From contig CAWIEK010000045.1 of assembly GCA_963835065.1 (NCBI GenBank), positions 64,001 through 128,000 of the forward strand: a stretch of DNA of 64,000 nt. The letters are read 5' to 3'. The stretch comes from an uncultured Chthonomonadaceae bacterium. Its GTDB lineage: Bacteria > Armatimonadota > Chthonomonadetes > Chthonomonadales > Chthonomonadaceae. Each line of letters starts with the position of its first letter. The first letter of the stretch is position 1. Positions 1-9,898 of the stretch are shown piece after piece. A program made the position numbers and the translations under genes. The notes below the pieces were generated by a model. That model did no database searches and was not told the DNA's origin. It saw only the letters and a list, made by a program, of their open reading frames with translations.

Positions 1-127
1 TGTACTTGCCCGACGTAAAGCCGTGCGCAAACAGCAGCGCGGTGGGATGCGCCACCTTCACCGGCACATAGCGCAAGGCGGCAATACTGACCTCTTCACC
101 GGGTATTGTCACTGCTTCTAACTTCAA
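1..127 (-). CDS. alpha/beta hydrolase, N-terminal part (runs off the window edge)
   Basis: Manual translation from TTG at 127: MKLEAVTIPGEEVSIAALRYVPVKVAHPTALLFAHGFTSGKY; HGF oxyanion-type motif; GAGGA SD 7 nt upstream. Confidence 0.65.
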   Translation of the reverse strand, partial: MKLEAVTIPGEEVSIAALRYVPVKVAHPTALLFAHGFTSGKY

Positions 128-227
128 TCAAAGTTCCTCATAATCTACAGACATAAGTTCATGTTGACGGGCGCGTATCAGCGCCGCAAAGCCTGCCAAC
201 GTTACTTCAACCATCTGCTTCATTGGT

Positions 228-1046
228 TTAGCCACCGGCTTCATTGGGAGGAGGCTGTACTGCCTGCTGCGTTCCCATCACGCCGCGCGTTTTGTGCCGC
301 GCGCCCTCTTCCTGCTGAGTGCGCCAATTCGGGTCTTGCAGGGAACGAACAACTACATCACGCGCTTCTTCCGGGCTGTCGGTGACGATCAGCAGGTCCA
401 TGTCGGCGGCAGTGATATTGCCGTGTTCCAGCATGGTTGTGTTGAGCCAATCCAGCAAGCCCTGCCAGTACGCGGAACCGAACAGCACGACGGGGAAATT
501 CCTCACTTTGCCGGTTTGTATCAGCGTCAGGGACTCGAACAGTTCGTCCATTGTGCCGAAGCCGCCGGGGAAAATGACGAACGCCTGCGCGTACTTTACC
601 ATCATGGTTTTGCGGGCGAAGAAGTAGCGAAAGTCTACGCTGATGTCTACATAACGGTTCAGGGATTGTTCAAACGGCAGTTCGATGTTCAGGCCGATAG
701 ACGTTGCCCCGGCTTGCTTCGCGCCTCGATTAGCCGCTTCCATGATGCCCGGCCCGCCGCCCGTGATAATGGCAAGTCCCGCGCCTCCCAACAATCGCGC
801 CGTTTCCATCGCCGCCCTGTACATCGGGTCGCTGTCTTGCGTTCGCGCCGAACCGAACAGCGTCACGGCAGGCCCAAGCCCCGCCAGCGCGTCAAAGCCT
901 TCCACGAACTCGCCGCTGATGCGCCAGATACGCCAGGGGTCGGAATGGGTAAACGCGGCCTTATTCGGATCGGGGACGGCCAGCAGTTTTTCGTCTTCGG
1001 TTTCCTCGCCGCGCGATGCGGCGCGGTTCAAAGCGCGAACAGGCAC
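228..1046 (-). CDS. LOG/TIGR00730-family nucleotide phosphoribohydrolase
   Basis: FGSAR, TGGGPGIMEAANRG and PGGFGTMDE motifs. Confidence 0.92.
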   Translation of the reverse strand: MPVRALNRAASRGEETEDEKLLAVPDPNKAAFTHSDPWRIWRISGEFVEGFDALAGLGPAVTLFGSARTQDSDPMYRAAMETARLLGGAGLAIITGGGPGIMEAANRGAKQAGATSIGLNIELPFEQSLNRYVDISVDFRYFFARKTMMVKYAQAFVIFPGGFGTMDELFESLTLIQTGKVRNFPVVLFGSAYWQGLLDWLNTTMLEHGNITAADMDLLIVTDSPEEARDVVVRSLQDPNWRTQQEEGARHKTRGVMGTQQAVQPPPNEAGG

Positions 1047-1098
1047 GATATGTGACGTCAGAAGATTGGTTTTCCGGGTTGTTTGAAATGTTGGTCAT

Positions 1099-1206
1099 GG
1101 TGTTCAGGTGTTCAGGTGTTCAGGTGTTCCGGTGTTACTTGTATTTAAGGCTAAGTAATGTGTCAACAGAGTACCATATTCAGGTCTTTCCGAACACCTG
1201 AACACC
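1099..1206. repeat. inverted pair of 8-mer tandem arrays (GGTGTTCA)n / (TGAACACC)n
   Basis: ~4.5 units at 1099-1136 and ~2 inverted units at 1192-1206. Confidence 0.85.
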
Positions 1207-3067
1207 TTATCCTTTCTTTTCAGGACGCGGACCGTAATGCGGCAATTCCGCGCCATATTCATACGCGCCTAAATCCGGGGCGGAGCCTGCGTACCCATCG
1301 TTGAAACCCGGCAACGGTTCGCCCCGGTCAATGGCAGGGCTGCCGGGTTTCAGGCGCAGGTCGAGTTTGGCAGGATCGAAAATCGTCAGGTCGCTTTGCG
1401 GGGCGCGAGTTTGATTTTGGAACAAGGCCAGTGGATCAAGGCTCAATATATGGCGTTCCACCGGGCATTTGGCTTTTACTTCTTCGGGAGTAGCGTACTT
1501 GACGTTGTTCCATTTGAAAAACACGTCGCCGGACCAGCCCGCAAAACCGTCGTAATCCCAATCGCAATTGAGGGCGGGCGCGCTGCAATCGAAGGCTCTG
1601 CCGCTCGTGCCGACAAGCAGATTGTTGCGCAAATAGCAGTTGCTGAAGGGATCGGATGTATTTACCTGCAGCGCGTAACCGGCGCGAACCGTCGTGTTGT
1701 GGACAATCACCGCGCCGCTTGGGGAATTATGCAGTTTGAACGGCTCGTTGCGGATGTTGTAGATGACGTTGCGGAACGCATACACCGGGCCGCCATAGAC
1801 AGGCTGAAACGAAACGCCGCACAGCACATTGGTATAGCGATTATAGAAGTTGCGGGTATTGCGATCCGAACCATCCATTTCCGAGCCGTCATCGAACATC
1901 TCGCTGACATCGTTGTTGTGGAAATCGTTGGACACGCAGGCGCGGCAGTCGTCCAAATCCAGCCCGTCTTTGCAATGCGCGATGCGGTTGTAACACGCCA
2001 CATTGCCCCGCCCTGTAATCCAGATGCCCCGCGATTCCGGCAGTTCGTGCCATTGCTTATCCGTGACCGGCCAGGGCATAAAGCCTTCGATGGTGTTGTC
2101 ACTGATGAAAAACCCGCCTAATTGACCGGTTTGGTCGTTGGTGGCATACACGCCGCACAGCACATCATGGATATGGCAGCGCCGGACAACGATACGCGCC
2201 GACTCGTGTCCGCAAATCCCGGAATAAGCGTTGCAAAGCGTGAGTTTTTCAAACCACAGATCGTGCAGGCCGCGCGCATCAATACAATGGGCGGTCAAGT
2301 TCTCATGCGGCTGTTTCGCGTCAATGACAACTTCGCCATCGCCCGCGCTCCGCCAGATAATCGGCCTGCCCGGTTCGCCACTGACGTGAAGCACAAACGG
2401 CGCGACGTAGGTTCCGCCGTGCAGCAGAAACAGATCGCCCGGTTTCGCGGCGGTTCCGGCGGCTTGCAGGCCGCGAAACGGATCAATCCGCGTTCCCGTT
2501 CCCCCACCTGTACCCGGCACAACATGCCGCTCCCGCATATCCGACGGCGCAGCAGGTTCCCCAATGGTACGCGCCCGCAATATCTTCTGCACCGTTGCGC
2601 CGTCATTGGAATGCAGCGTCAGGCGCAATTCATACGGCGTATCCGGTTCCAGCAGGAAGACACTGCCCGCGTACAAATGCGCGTTAGAGGGAACCTCAAT
2701 AGCAGGCGGCTTCGGCCTTCCGCCCTCGTCCTTGAACGGCCCGCGCTCCGCCCGGAACAACGGCGGGCCGGACTTCCAGGCAGCAGTTCCCACCTTCCGA
2801 TACGCCACATCCACTTTCAGCGGACGCTCGTCCGTATCCTGAAGTATCCAGTACACGCCCAAACACCGCAAAGTCGGCGGATCCAGAACAGGCTCGCCCA
2901 ACCGGCACAACCCGACTGGAGCAGGGAACAGGGAACAGGGAACAGGGAACAGAAGAGAAGACAAGCGCCGGTTCCCCAACCGACACAACCCGACCCGACC
3001 CGCCAGCCGTTGCCATCAGCCCAAGCAGCCATAAAACAACCGTCAATGAAAGTAGCCGAGAATACAT
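1207..3067 (-). CDS. secreted right-handed beta-helix (pectin-lyase-like) protein; one +1 frameshift near 2896-2899
   Basis: Signal peptide MYSRLLSLTVVLWLLGLMATAGG in ORF 2696..3070 joins ORF 1207..2988 if one base of GGGC is removed (RVVPVGEPVLDPPT); GTGTRxDPF, PGD..LHGGTY and C-terminal PDLGAYE motifs; start overlaps the lnt stop (TGATG). Confidence 0.75.
2921..2952. repeat. heptamer tandem array (CAGGGAA)x4 inside coding region
   Basis: gcagggaacagggaacagggaacagggaacag. Confidence 0.9.
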
Positions 3068-4926
3068 CAATGTTCTCCTCTCCCTTTCTTCTCCGTGTTC
3101 TCCGTGTCCTCCGTGATTCTACTTCTTCCCTTCTCCTCCCCGTGTCCCCCGTGTTCCCCGTGGTTTCTCCTTGTTCTGACGGCAAGGCCGGTGAGGAACA
3201 GCAGGCACAGGAGCGGGAACCAGTCACCAACGCGGGTATACAGCGTTTTGCCGGTCAGCATTTGCATGGTACGGACGCCATACGCTTCTTGATTGAGCGG
3301 CAGTTTGTCCAGAACGCGGCCCCGGCTGTCTAAGAAGCAGGTCACGCCCGTTGTAGTCGAGCGCACGGTTTCGCGGCGGTTTTCGATGGTGCGCAGGACG
3401 ACGGCGGCAAGGTGCTGTTCCATCGCGGCGCGGGACTGGAACCACGAATCATTGCTTTGCGTGACCAGCAGGGTCGCGCCCTTTGCGGTCATTTCGCGGG
3501 CATACGGCGGGAACATCGCCTCGTAACAGATGAACGGGCCTAAATCAACCCTGCCATACGTGGGGTCTTCATAGGAAAGTACCGTCGCGCCCTCGCCGGT
3601 CACGTCGTCGTGGCTGGGAAACTGAAAGGTTTGGGTGACGGGTTCGGGGATTAAATCGCGGTAGGGAATGAACTCGCCGAACGGTACAAGCTGCCGCTTT
3701 ACATAAAACGCGGGTGTGGCGGCATGGCCGTTCGGATCGAAAAGAACGCTGGCGTTTTCCCGAACATCATACGTCCTTGATTCCGAACCAATGGTGGCTT
3801 TGCGCGTTTCCCGCCGCGTTTCCGTCAGCGTCGCCCCGGTAATCACGGCGGCATGGGCGTCACGCGCAAGATACGTGAGAAACGAGAGAACGCGCCCGTC
3901 GTGGATGGCATCCCCCGGCGCGGCGGACTCGGCCCACACATACAGGGAGGGGCGCGGCGTTGATTTTGCCGCCTGCGCCGTCAGGTTCGTAAACACAGCG
4001 GCCTGTTCGGAGGGAGACGTAACGGGCGCGGGGTTGAAATCGCTTTGCAGCGAGTTGAAGCCGCCCTGCATCGCGGCAACAGGCAGCGGGCGTCCGGTTT
4101 CGGGCTGCATCAGCCGCCCCCAACCGTACAGGCACACCATGACCGCGATTGTGCCGGATGCCCACAGATACCGCCCGCTTTCCGCTTTGCCCCGATGCGT
4201 CCACCACCAGGCGATTGCGCCATTGACGAGCATCATCAGGAAACTCACGCCATACGCGCCCGTAATGTCGGCGATTTGCAGCACGGGCAGAAACTTGTAC
4301 TGCGTGTAACTTAACTGCGCCCAGGGCATCGTCAGCGACCCGCGCGTACGCAGATACTCCACCACGACCCACGCGGCAGCCAGTCCAATGATTTCGACGC
4401 CGCCCGTGATTTTACCCGCCGTAAATTTCTGATGCAGCCACCACGCCATGCCGCCCCACAGGGCATAAAAGCCCGCCAGTATAAACGTCAGGCCGAACCA
4501 GCCGCCCCACCCCATCAGCGCGGCTGTGGGTCCCGGCGACGTGTTGTGCAGCCACGCGCCAATGGTCAGGCCGATCCAGTACCACACAAGCCCTAAAAAC
4601 ACCCATCCGAACAGATAGCCGCGCCACATCGCCTGCCGCAGCCGCGTTGCTCGCGTCACGCTCAAAATCAGGGGCGCAATGGCAAGCCAGGCCAGCGGCC
4701 ACAGCGAAGGCGTCGGGTTGGCAAGCCAGAGCAGAATGCCCGCCAGGAGCGCAAGCCGCAAGCCGGGTTTACGCGGGAACGAATTGCCGATGCCTGCAAT
4801 GGCTGCGGGTGGCGCTGTTGGCGGGCGAATGTCTGCCGGGTTGGGAAGAAGTTCGGTAGTCACGTTTTCTTGTACGCGGAATTGGAAAAAGGAGTTGCGG
4901 AAAGAAATGGCGAAGTATGCTTTCAT
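3067..4926 (-). CDS. lnt: apolipoprotein N-acyltransferase (start may be a downstream GTG near 4863)
   Basis: Multi-TM N-terminus, PWAQLSYTQ, nitrilase triad motifs VWAES / YVKRQLVPFGE / ICYEA, ENRR, TLYTRVGDW. Confidence 0.93.
   Translation of the reverse strand: MKAYFAISFRNSFFQFRVQENVTTELLPNPADIRPPTAPPAAIAGIGNSFPRKPGLRLALLAGILLWLANPTPSLWPLAWLAIAPLILSVTRATRLRQAMWRGYLFGWVFLGLVWYWIGLTIGAWLHNTSPGPTAALMGWGGWFGLTFILAGFYALWGGMAWWLHQKFTAGKITGGVEIIGLAAAWVVVEYLRTRGSLTMPWAQLSYTQYKFLPVLQIADITGAYGVSFLMMLVNGAIAWWWTHRGKAESGRYLWASGTIAVMVCLYGWGRLMQPETGRPLPVAAMQGGFNSLQSDFNPAPVTSPSEQAAVFTNLTAQAAKSTPRPSLYVWAESAAPGDAIHDGRVLSFLTYLARDAHAAVITGATLTETRRETRKATIGSESRTYDVRENASVLFDPNGHAATPAFYVKRQLVPFGEFIPYRDLIPEPVTQTFQFPSHDDVTGEGATVLSYEDPTYGRVDLGPFICYEAMFPPYAREMTAKGATLLVTQSNDSWFQSRAAMEQHLAAVVLRTIENRRETVRSTTTGVTCFLDSRGRVLDKLPLNQEAYGVRTMQMLTGKTLYTRVGDWFPLLCLLFLTGLAVRTRRNHGEHGGHGEEKGRSRITEDTENTEKKGRGEH
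3091..3165. repeat. 9-mer tandem repeats (CACGGRGRA-type) in the 3' end of lnt
   Basis: ctccgtgttctccgtgtcctccgtg and ccccgtgtcccccgtgttccccgtgg; encode HGEHGGHGE and TEDTENTE. Confidence 0.75.
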
Positions 4927-4984
4927 CTCTTCTCTGTTGTTGAGCGCGTTTCAACAAACCAATTTCAACCGAAAGTAGCCTGCT

Positions 4985-5863
4985 ATGTTTTCAACCTTTT
5001 ACAAACGATCTGCCCGGCGAAACAAATTGTCGCTTCGCCGTTGGTTCGCGCTGCCGATGCTTGCGCTGCTGCCGTTGTCCCTCAGTTGCGCCCGCCTGCC
5101 GCCAAGCGTGAGCGGATTTACCGGTCGCCGGATTCGCGTCACCATGACGTTCAACGGCACGATGCAATCGGCCTTCTACTATTACTTTCTTATCAACCGC
5201 TATGGCCCGACAGGAACGCTGAACGCCAACGGCCCGGTTCCGGTACTCGGCACTCTGCCCGGTCAGAACGGCTCATTGGGCAACGGCTACGCAACCGGTT
5301 CTAACGCCAGCTCCACCGGCACAATCAGCGGCCTGCCGGATTATGGCATCACCGACTTTGTGCTGTTCCATTCGCCGCAGCAAAACAACATCGGCCTGTA
5401 CCACTACACCGCCGATCCGAACACGCAGCCCACGCCGCCTAACTACAGCCGGCCCTTCAATGTGGTTTTGCCGAGCAGTTCCAGCGTTGACATTGACCCT
5501 AACGCCGCGAAAACGCTTCAATTCGATCTGTATATCTCCCAGCTTGTCACCGATACAACCGATACAACGGCCCGGAACCAGGAAGCGCAAAACATTCAAT
5601 ACCTGCAAGTCAACATCGTGTCCACAAACGTCACGCCAATAACGGCAAATGAAAACGTTTTCAAGGAAGTGGACGCTTTCGGAGACACGCTGCACCCGAA
5701 CAGCCAGCAGTTCCTGACGATTGATCTCACCCAGAACAAAACTTATACGAGTACCGACAACATCTCCACGCTGCCGGAGCCAACGAATGACGTGTTTCCC
5801 GGCGGCAACAGCGAACCGTCGCTTGATCTCATCTCGTGGTCTATCCAAGTCATACCGAACTGA
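4985..5863 (+). CDS. hypothetical lipoprotein, paralog 1
   Basis: Basic N-terminus, hydrophobic stretch, lipobox-like LSLSC; colinear with downstream paralog. Confidence 0.8.
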   Translation: MFSTFYKRSARRNKLSLRRWFALPMLALLPLSLSCARLPPSVSGFTGRRIRVTMTFNGTMQSAFYYYFLINRYGPTGTLNANGPVPVLGTLPGQNGSLGNGYATGSNASSTGTISGLPDYGITDFVLFHSPQQNNIGLYHYTADPNTQPTPPNYSRPFNVVLPSSSSVDIDPNAAKTLQFDLYISQLVTDTTDTTARNQEAQNIQYLQVNIVSTNVTPITANENVFKEVDAFGDTLHPNSQQFLTIDLTQNKTYTSTDNISTLPEPTNDVFPGGNSEPSLDLISWSIQVIPN

Positions 5864-5904
5864 GTATCTCACGCCTGCCTGAACATCAGGAAAGAAAACC
5901 GTCT

Positions 5905-6780
5905 ATGTTGTCGTGGTTTCGTTTTTGGATTATTGGTTTCCATCAAATCTTCCGGCGCACAGGAATGTTGCTGCCTGTCTTTGGCTGCCTGCTGTGGTCT
6001 ATGGGATGCGCCCGCCTGCCTCCGAGCGTAAGCGGACTTTCCGGGAGGCGGATTCGGGTCAAGATGACGTTTGCCGGAACGATGCAGTCCAATTTGTACT
6101 ATTATTTCCTCATCAACAAATATGGCCCGACAGGTGAACAAAATGCTCATGGCCCGGTTCCGGTTCTCGGCCCTCTCCCTGAATTCAGCAATTCCTACGG
6201 AAATGGTTACGCTACGGGGTCCGGCCCCGGTTCTCAAGGAACAATTAACGACTTGAAGGATTACGGTATCACCGATTTTGTACTGTTCAATTCGACCGTG
6301 CCAAAACCGAACAACATTGGCCTATACCACTACACAACAGACCCCAATACACAACAATACCCCTTATTCCCTTCTCAGCCCATCAATATCATAACGCCTA
6401 ATTTTTCAGACACCGATGCTTATGCGTCTCGAACGCTGCAATTCGATTTGTACATCTCGCAACTTGTCACCGACACCAACGATCAGACAGCGAAAAATCA
6501 GGAAGCGCAAACTATTCGTTGGCTGCAAGTCAACATCGTTTCCACGAATGTGACTCCGATCACTCAAGAAAACGTTGTCAAATATGTAGATGCTTTTGGC
6601 GACACGCGCGACACTTCCAACCTGCATTTCCTGACGATAGACCTGACACAAAACACAACCTACTCCGATTCAGACAACATCTCCAATCTGCAAGAGCCAA
6701 CGGGTGACGTGTACCCTGTTGGCAGCAATCAACCGTCACTGGATCTCGTCTCATGGTCTATTCAGGTGATTCCGAACTAA
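5905..6780 (+). CDS. hypothetical lipoprotein, paralog 2
   Basis: WSMGC-ARLPPSVSG lipobox-like; shares TLQFDLYISQLVTDT, LQVNIVSTNVTPIT and SWSIQVIPN with paralog 1. Confidence 0.8.
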   Translation: MLSWFRFWIIGFHQIFRRTGMLLPVFGCLLWSMGCARLPPSVSGLSGRRIRVKMTFAGTMQSNLYYYFLINKYGPTGEQNAHGPVPVLGPLPEFSNSYGNGYATGSGPGSQGTINDLKDYGITDFVLFNSTVPKPNNIGLYHYTTDPNTQQYPLFPSQPINIITPNFSDTDAYASRTLQFDLYISQLVTDTNDQTAKNQEAQTIRWLQVNIVSTNVTPITQENVVKYVDAFGDTRDTSNLHFLTIDLTQNTTYSDSDNISNLQEPTGDVYPVGSNQPSLDLVSWSIQVIPN

Positions 6781-6839
6781 ACAAGGGGTTCACAAATCTT
6801 GAAGTATTCGACCCAGTGGGAAGTCCTGCAAAAGTTGGG

Positions 6840-7095
6840 AAAAGGATATGTAGAGTCATCGTCGAAATCTTGGCAATGCAGCGCTTCCAGCCCGATGTCT
6901 CGTTGTGTCAAGTTGTAGGAGAGAGGCGTCGTGACCTCAGCAGCATCAGGGCGAACGGGAGGGGTGAAACATAGGACTGGCACCTCCCTTCCTGTATCTA
7001 ACATTTGAATACTAGACCTTATTCTACTGTTTAGACGGTTGTGATGGGCAAAGGGTTCAATTTTTCGCATTGTTTTGCTCTTTTTTCTGTTTCTT
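6840..7095 (-). ncRNA. three-copy conserved intergenic unit, candidate ncRNA, copy 1
   Basis: ~150 nt core nearly identical to 32904-33142 and 55667-55933; minus-strand promoter-like motif, SD + 8-codon ORF (6946-6972), terminal T-tract; the repeat is certain, RNA function is inferred. Confidence 0.5.
7034..7059 (-). promoter_or_regulatory. ECF sigma-type promoter TGAACC-N16-CGTC
   Basis: Equivalent motifs with identical 16 nt spacing in copy 2 (GAAACC-N16-TGTC, 33084-33109) and copy 3 (TGAACC-N16-TGTC, 55867-55892) although spacers diverge. Confidence 0.55.
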
Positions 7096-7104
7096 TGATG
7101 TTAC

Positions 7105-7178
7105 GAGCCACTCTCCATAGGCTGGGGATTGAAAGTACCCGGAATTGTCGCAAATGCCGCGACTGTTGGAAGTGGCTC
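7105..7178. mobile_element. diverged MITE related to the 36807/59031 family
   Basis: TIRs GAGCCACTCTCCA / TGGAAGTGGCTC, flanks TAC / TAA, internal taggctggggattgaaagtacccgg resembles taggccgggtattgaaaatacccgg. Confidence 0.65.
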
Positions 7179-7182
7179 TAAT

Positions 7183-9835
7183 CTACAGTGTCCTAATTTC
7201 GTACCAGGCTGTCTGGTATTGCGGGTCTATGGCGAAGCGGAGGCTGCCGTTTTGCAGGGTGCAGTCTACTTCGCGGACGCGCTTGCCGGTTGCGTCTAAG
7301 GCGTAAACTGTCGCTTTTTTGGCTTCCGTAGTGAGCAGGATGGTGGCGGCGACGCCTTCCGCCTGCGTTGGCCCGGTTCCCCACGGGTCGCCTACCGAGG
7401 TATGGTTTGCGTTCCACACCATGCCCTTGTTTTCCACGTTTGCCAATGCGGTTAATAGCAGGGTGTGGGATTGCTCAATCGGCCTGCCGTCTACGGCGTT
7501 CAGGGTCAGGGCGGCGAAGTTGCGCGGGCTGCTTTTTGCCTGCACTTCCCAACTGCCCACGCGGATGCTTTGCCCGCCCACAAACCCGACAATCACGCGG
7601 GAAGACGGCGAATCGGCGCGAAACAATGCTTTGTCCGTGCCTTGATCTGTCCATTGGATTGCAGCGCCGGGCTTTTCCGCGTTGATAAATTCGCTCTGGT
7701 CGTGTTCCCCGGCTTTGGTGCGGCGGATTGGCTGACTGCCCGTGTCAAACGCTACCGACAGGCGATTGTCCAACGTGTCCAGATTGTCCACGCCCGCCGC
7801 CTGCCACGACGCGCCGATGTTCGGCCCGTTTCTTGCCATCAGGCCGGCAATGTCGTTTTGCCCGATGTGCAGCCGCGACTCGCGGTGCGCGAACGCAATG
7901 TCATAGCGCCCGAACATCAGGGCGGCGGCGGGAAGAAACGTCATTATCGCCGGGTCGGTGTCCACGTTGAAGAAACTGCTGATTTGATTGCGGTCCCAAT
8001 TGCCGTTTTCCTCGTGGTAATCGAACAGGTAAATGCCGTCCCAATCCTGCACCGACGCGAACGCGGCCAGCATCGGCAGGGTTTCCACGCGAAACTCGTT
8101 GGGCGCGGGATGGTGGTACTCGCTGATCGTATACGGCTTGCCGGCCAGCCGATACCGCGCCAGTTCCGGCAGCGTACCACCATAAGCCGAACGAGTCATG
8201 GGCGTGTTGGCGATGTTCCAGTTCTTCATGTCCCAGGGTTGGCCGGGAAAGGCGGGATGCTCCCAATACGCATGGTTGTCGGCAAAATCAAACATAGATT
8301 CGCGCCATGCGCCGCCCATGCCGCCGTAACTGTCCTGCGAACCGGTGACATTCGCTTTTGCGCCCAACGTGACCTTGACGTAATCGCGCATGGTCGTCAT
8401 ATACGCGCGTTCCGTGACCATCAGAAACGCGATCCAATCCTGACCTTCCGGCGTGTTTTTGGGGCGGCTGAGGGGGATATTGCCCGCTTCCAGGCTGACG
8501 CCTTCGGGGAACGCCTGAATCGCTCCGGCGCGTAAACTCATCCCGGCCAAATCAATGGTTCCAAGCGCGTCGCCCAATACCATTGTGAGGCGATTTTTGT
8601 TTTTGATGGGACGGGCGGCGACAAAGTTGAGCGCGTACTGCTTCCACTCCGGCGTTAATTTGATTGTCTCATCCAGCCCGACGTGATGGTAATCGTCCTG
8701 ATTGACGCCCGTGTAAATCGGCAATGTGCGCGGCTTGTCCGATCTGGCCCAAAACGAAACGGTGTACGGCTCGCCTTCCACAAGATCAATCCCCGCCTGA
8801 TGGAACTGCACGTGCCAGTTTTGCGCGCCCAATTTTGTAATCGTCAGCCGCGCCACGCGACCTTTGACGCCCGAAGGCGGTTCCGCATCGTCCGGCAGGG
8901 TCAGTTTGGCTTCCGCAGGCGGCGTGTTCATTTCCACGTTCCAGTACAGCGCCCCCTCCTCAAAAATCGGGTTTTGCAGGATGTTAGGGCCAAACGGCTT
9001 GTCTATCGCGCCCCACGCCCGCTTCAGTCCCGGCGTATCCGTATACTTACGCTTCAGCCAGCCGTTCCACAATCCCGCCAGTTCCGCTTTGTAGTGTGGC
9101 GGCAGGTTTTCCAGTCGGCTGTTCCACGCTTCGCCTAAGAGCGTGTTCTCGTTATTGATTTCCACGACAGCCACAGCGGGTTCTTCCACATAGCGGGTTT
9201 TGGTGTACGGGTTTTCATGCGTGAGCAGGTCGCGGGCATAATTTTTTTGCAGTTCGATCATGCGCGGTTCAAAGAAGTCTACCGCTTTGTCGAAGTTGCC
9301 CAACTGGTCGGTTTCGGGAAAGCCGTCTGCCGCGCCGAACTCCCGCGCCACATGCAGGTTGATGTTGACATAAATGCCGTGCAGCTTCAACTGATAGACA
9401 AAGTAATCTAGACGGGCAAGCGAGTCCACGCTCAAATGCTGCTTGTCGAGAAACGAGCGGTCAAAGATGTTGGGCTTGGCCCAATCCGCGTCGGCATGGT
9501 GCAGGCGAACGATATTGACGCCGAACTTATGCAGCCGCGCGGCCACTTTTTCCGCTGTTGTTTTATCGGGAAAGTTCGCGCCCGCCACCATGTTGACGCC
9601 GATGAACCGGACGCGATGCCCTTTCTCATCATAGAAATGGCCGTTACGAGACGTGACAAAGCCATTCCCGCCCGCCGGGGTCGGGTTCAGTCCTGCCATG
9701 CTGGTAATCGTCTGCGTCGCATCGTCCCAGGGCAGCGCCCACGAAAACCGCTCCGGTTCCGCCGCCTGCGTTCGGACTCACGGGAAGCATCAGCAAAAGC
9801 GCGACCAGTCTAAACAAACTGTATTTATATTGCAT
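7183..9835 (-). CDS. secreted clan-A glycoside hydrolase-like protein with inserted CBM4/9-like domain; +1 frameshift near 9772-9778
   Basis: GVNIVRLHH, EINNEN acid/base, ISEY nucleophile-like motifs; signal peptide in ORF 9644..9835 joins the main ORF after removing one base (TQAAEPERFSWALPWDD). Confidence 0.8.
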
Positions 9836-9858
9836 GGTAATTTCTTGAGCGACAAAGA

Positions 9859-9882
9859 GGGCGCAATAAATTGCGCCCCTAC
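9859..9882 (-). repeat. GTAG-type REP-like palindrome
   Basis: Minus strand GTAGGGGCGCAATTTATTGCGCCC. Confidence 0.65.
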
Positions 9883-9898
9883 GGAGTTTTATCTGTGT

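Noticed and set aside
4985..6780. Paralog pair as DGR template/variable repeat
   Set aside because: Both are full ORFs with differences not restricted to adenines, and no reverse transcriptase is present
6946..6972. Selenocysteine readthrough of the mini-ORF TGA
   Set aside because: Copy 1 has a second TGA three codons later and downstream frames end at different points
6777..7070. 97 aa ORF (and 55585..56154) through the three-copy unit as a protein gene
   Set aside because: Copy 2 has an upstream in-frame TAG and no start in this frame, ends differ among copies, and substitutions are mostly non-synonymous
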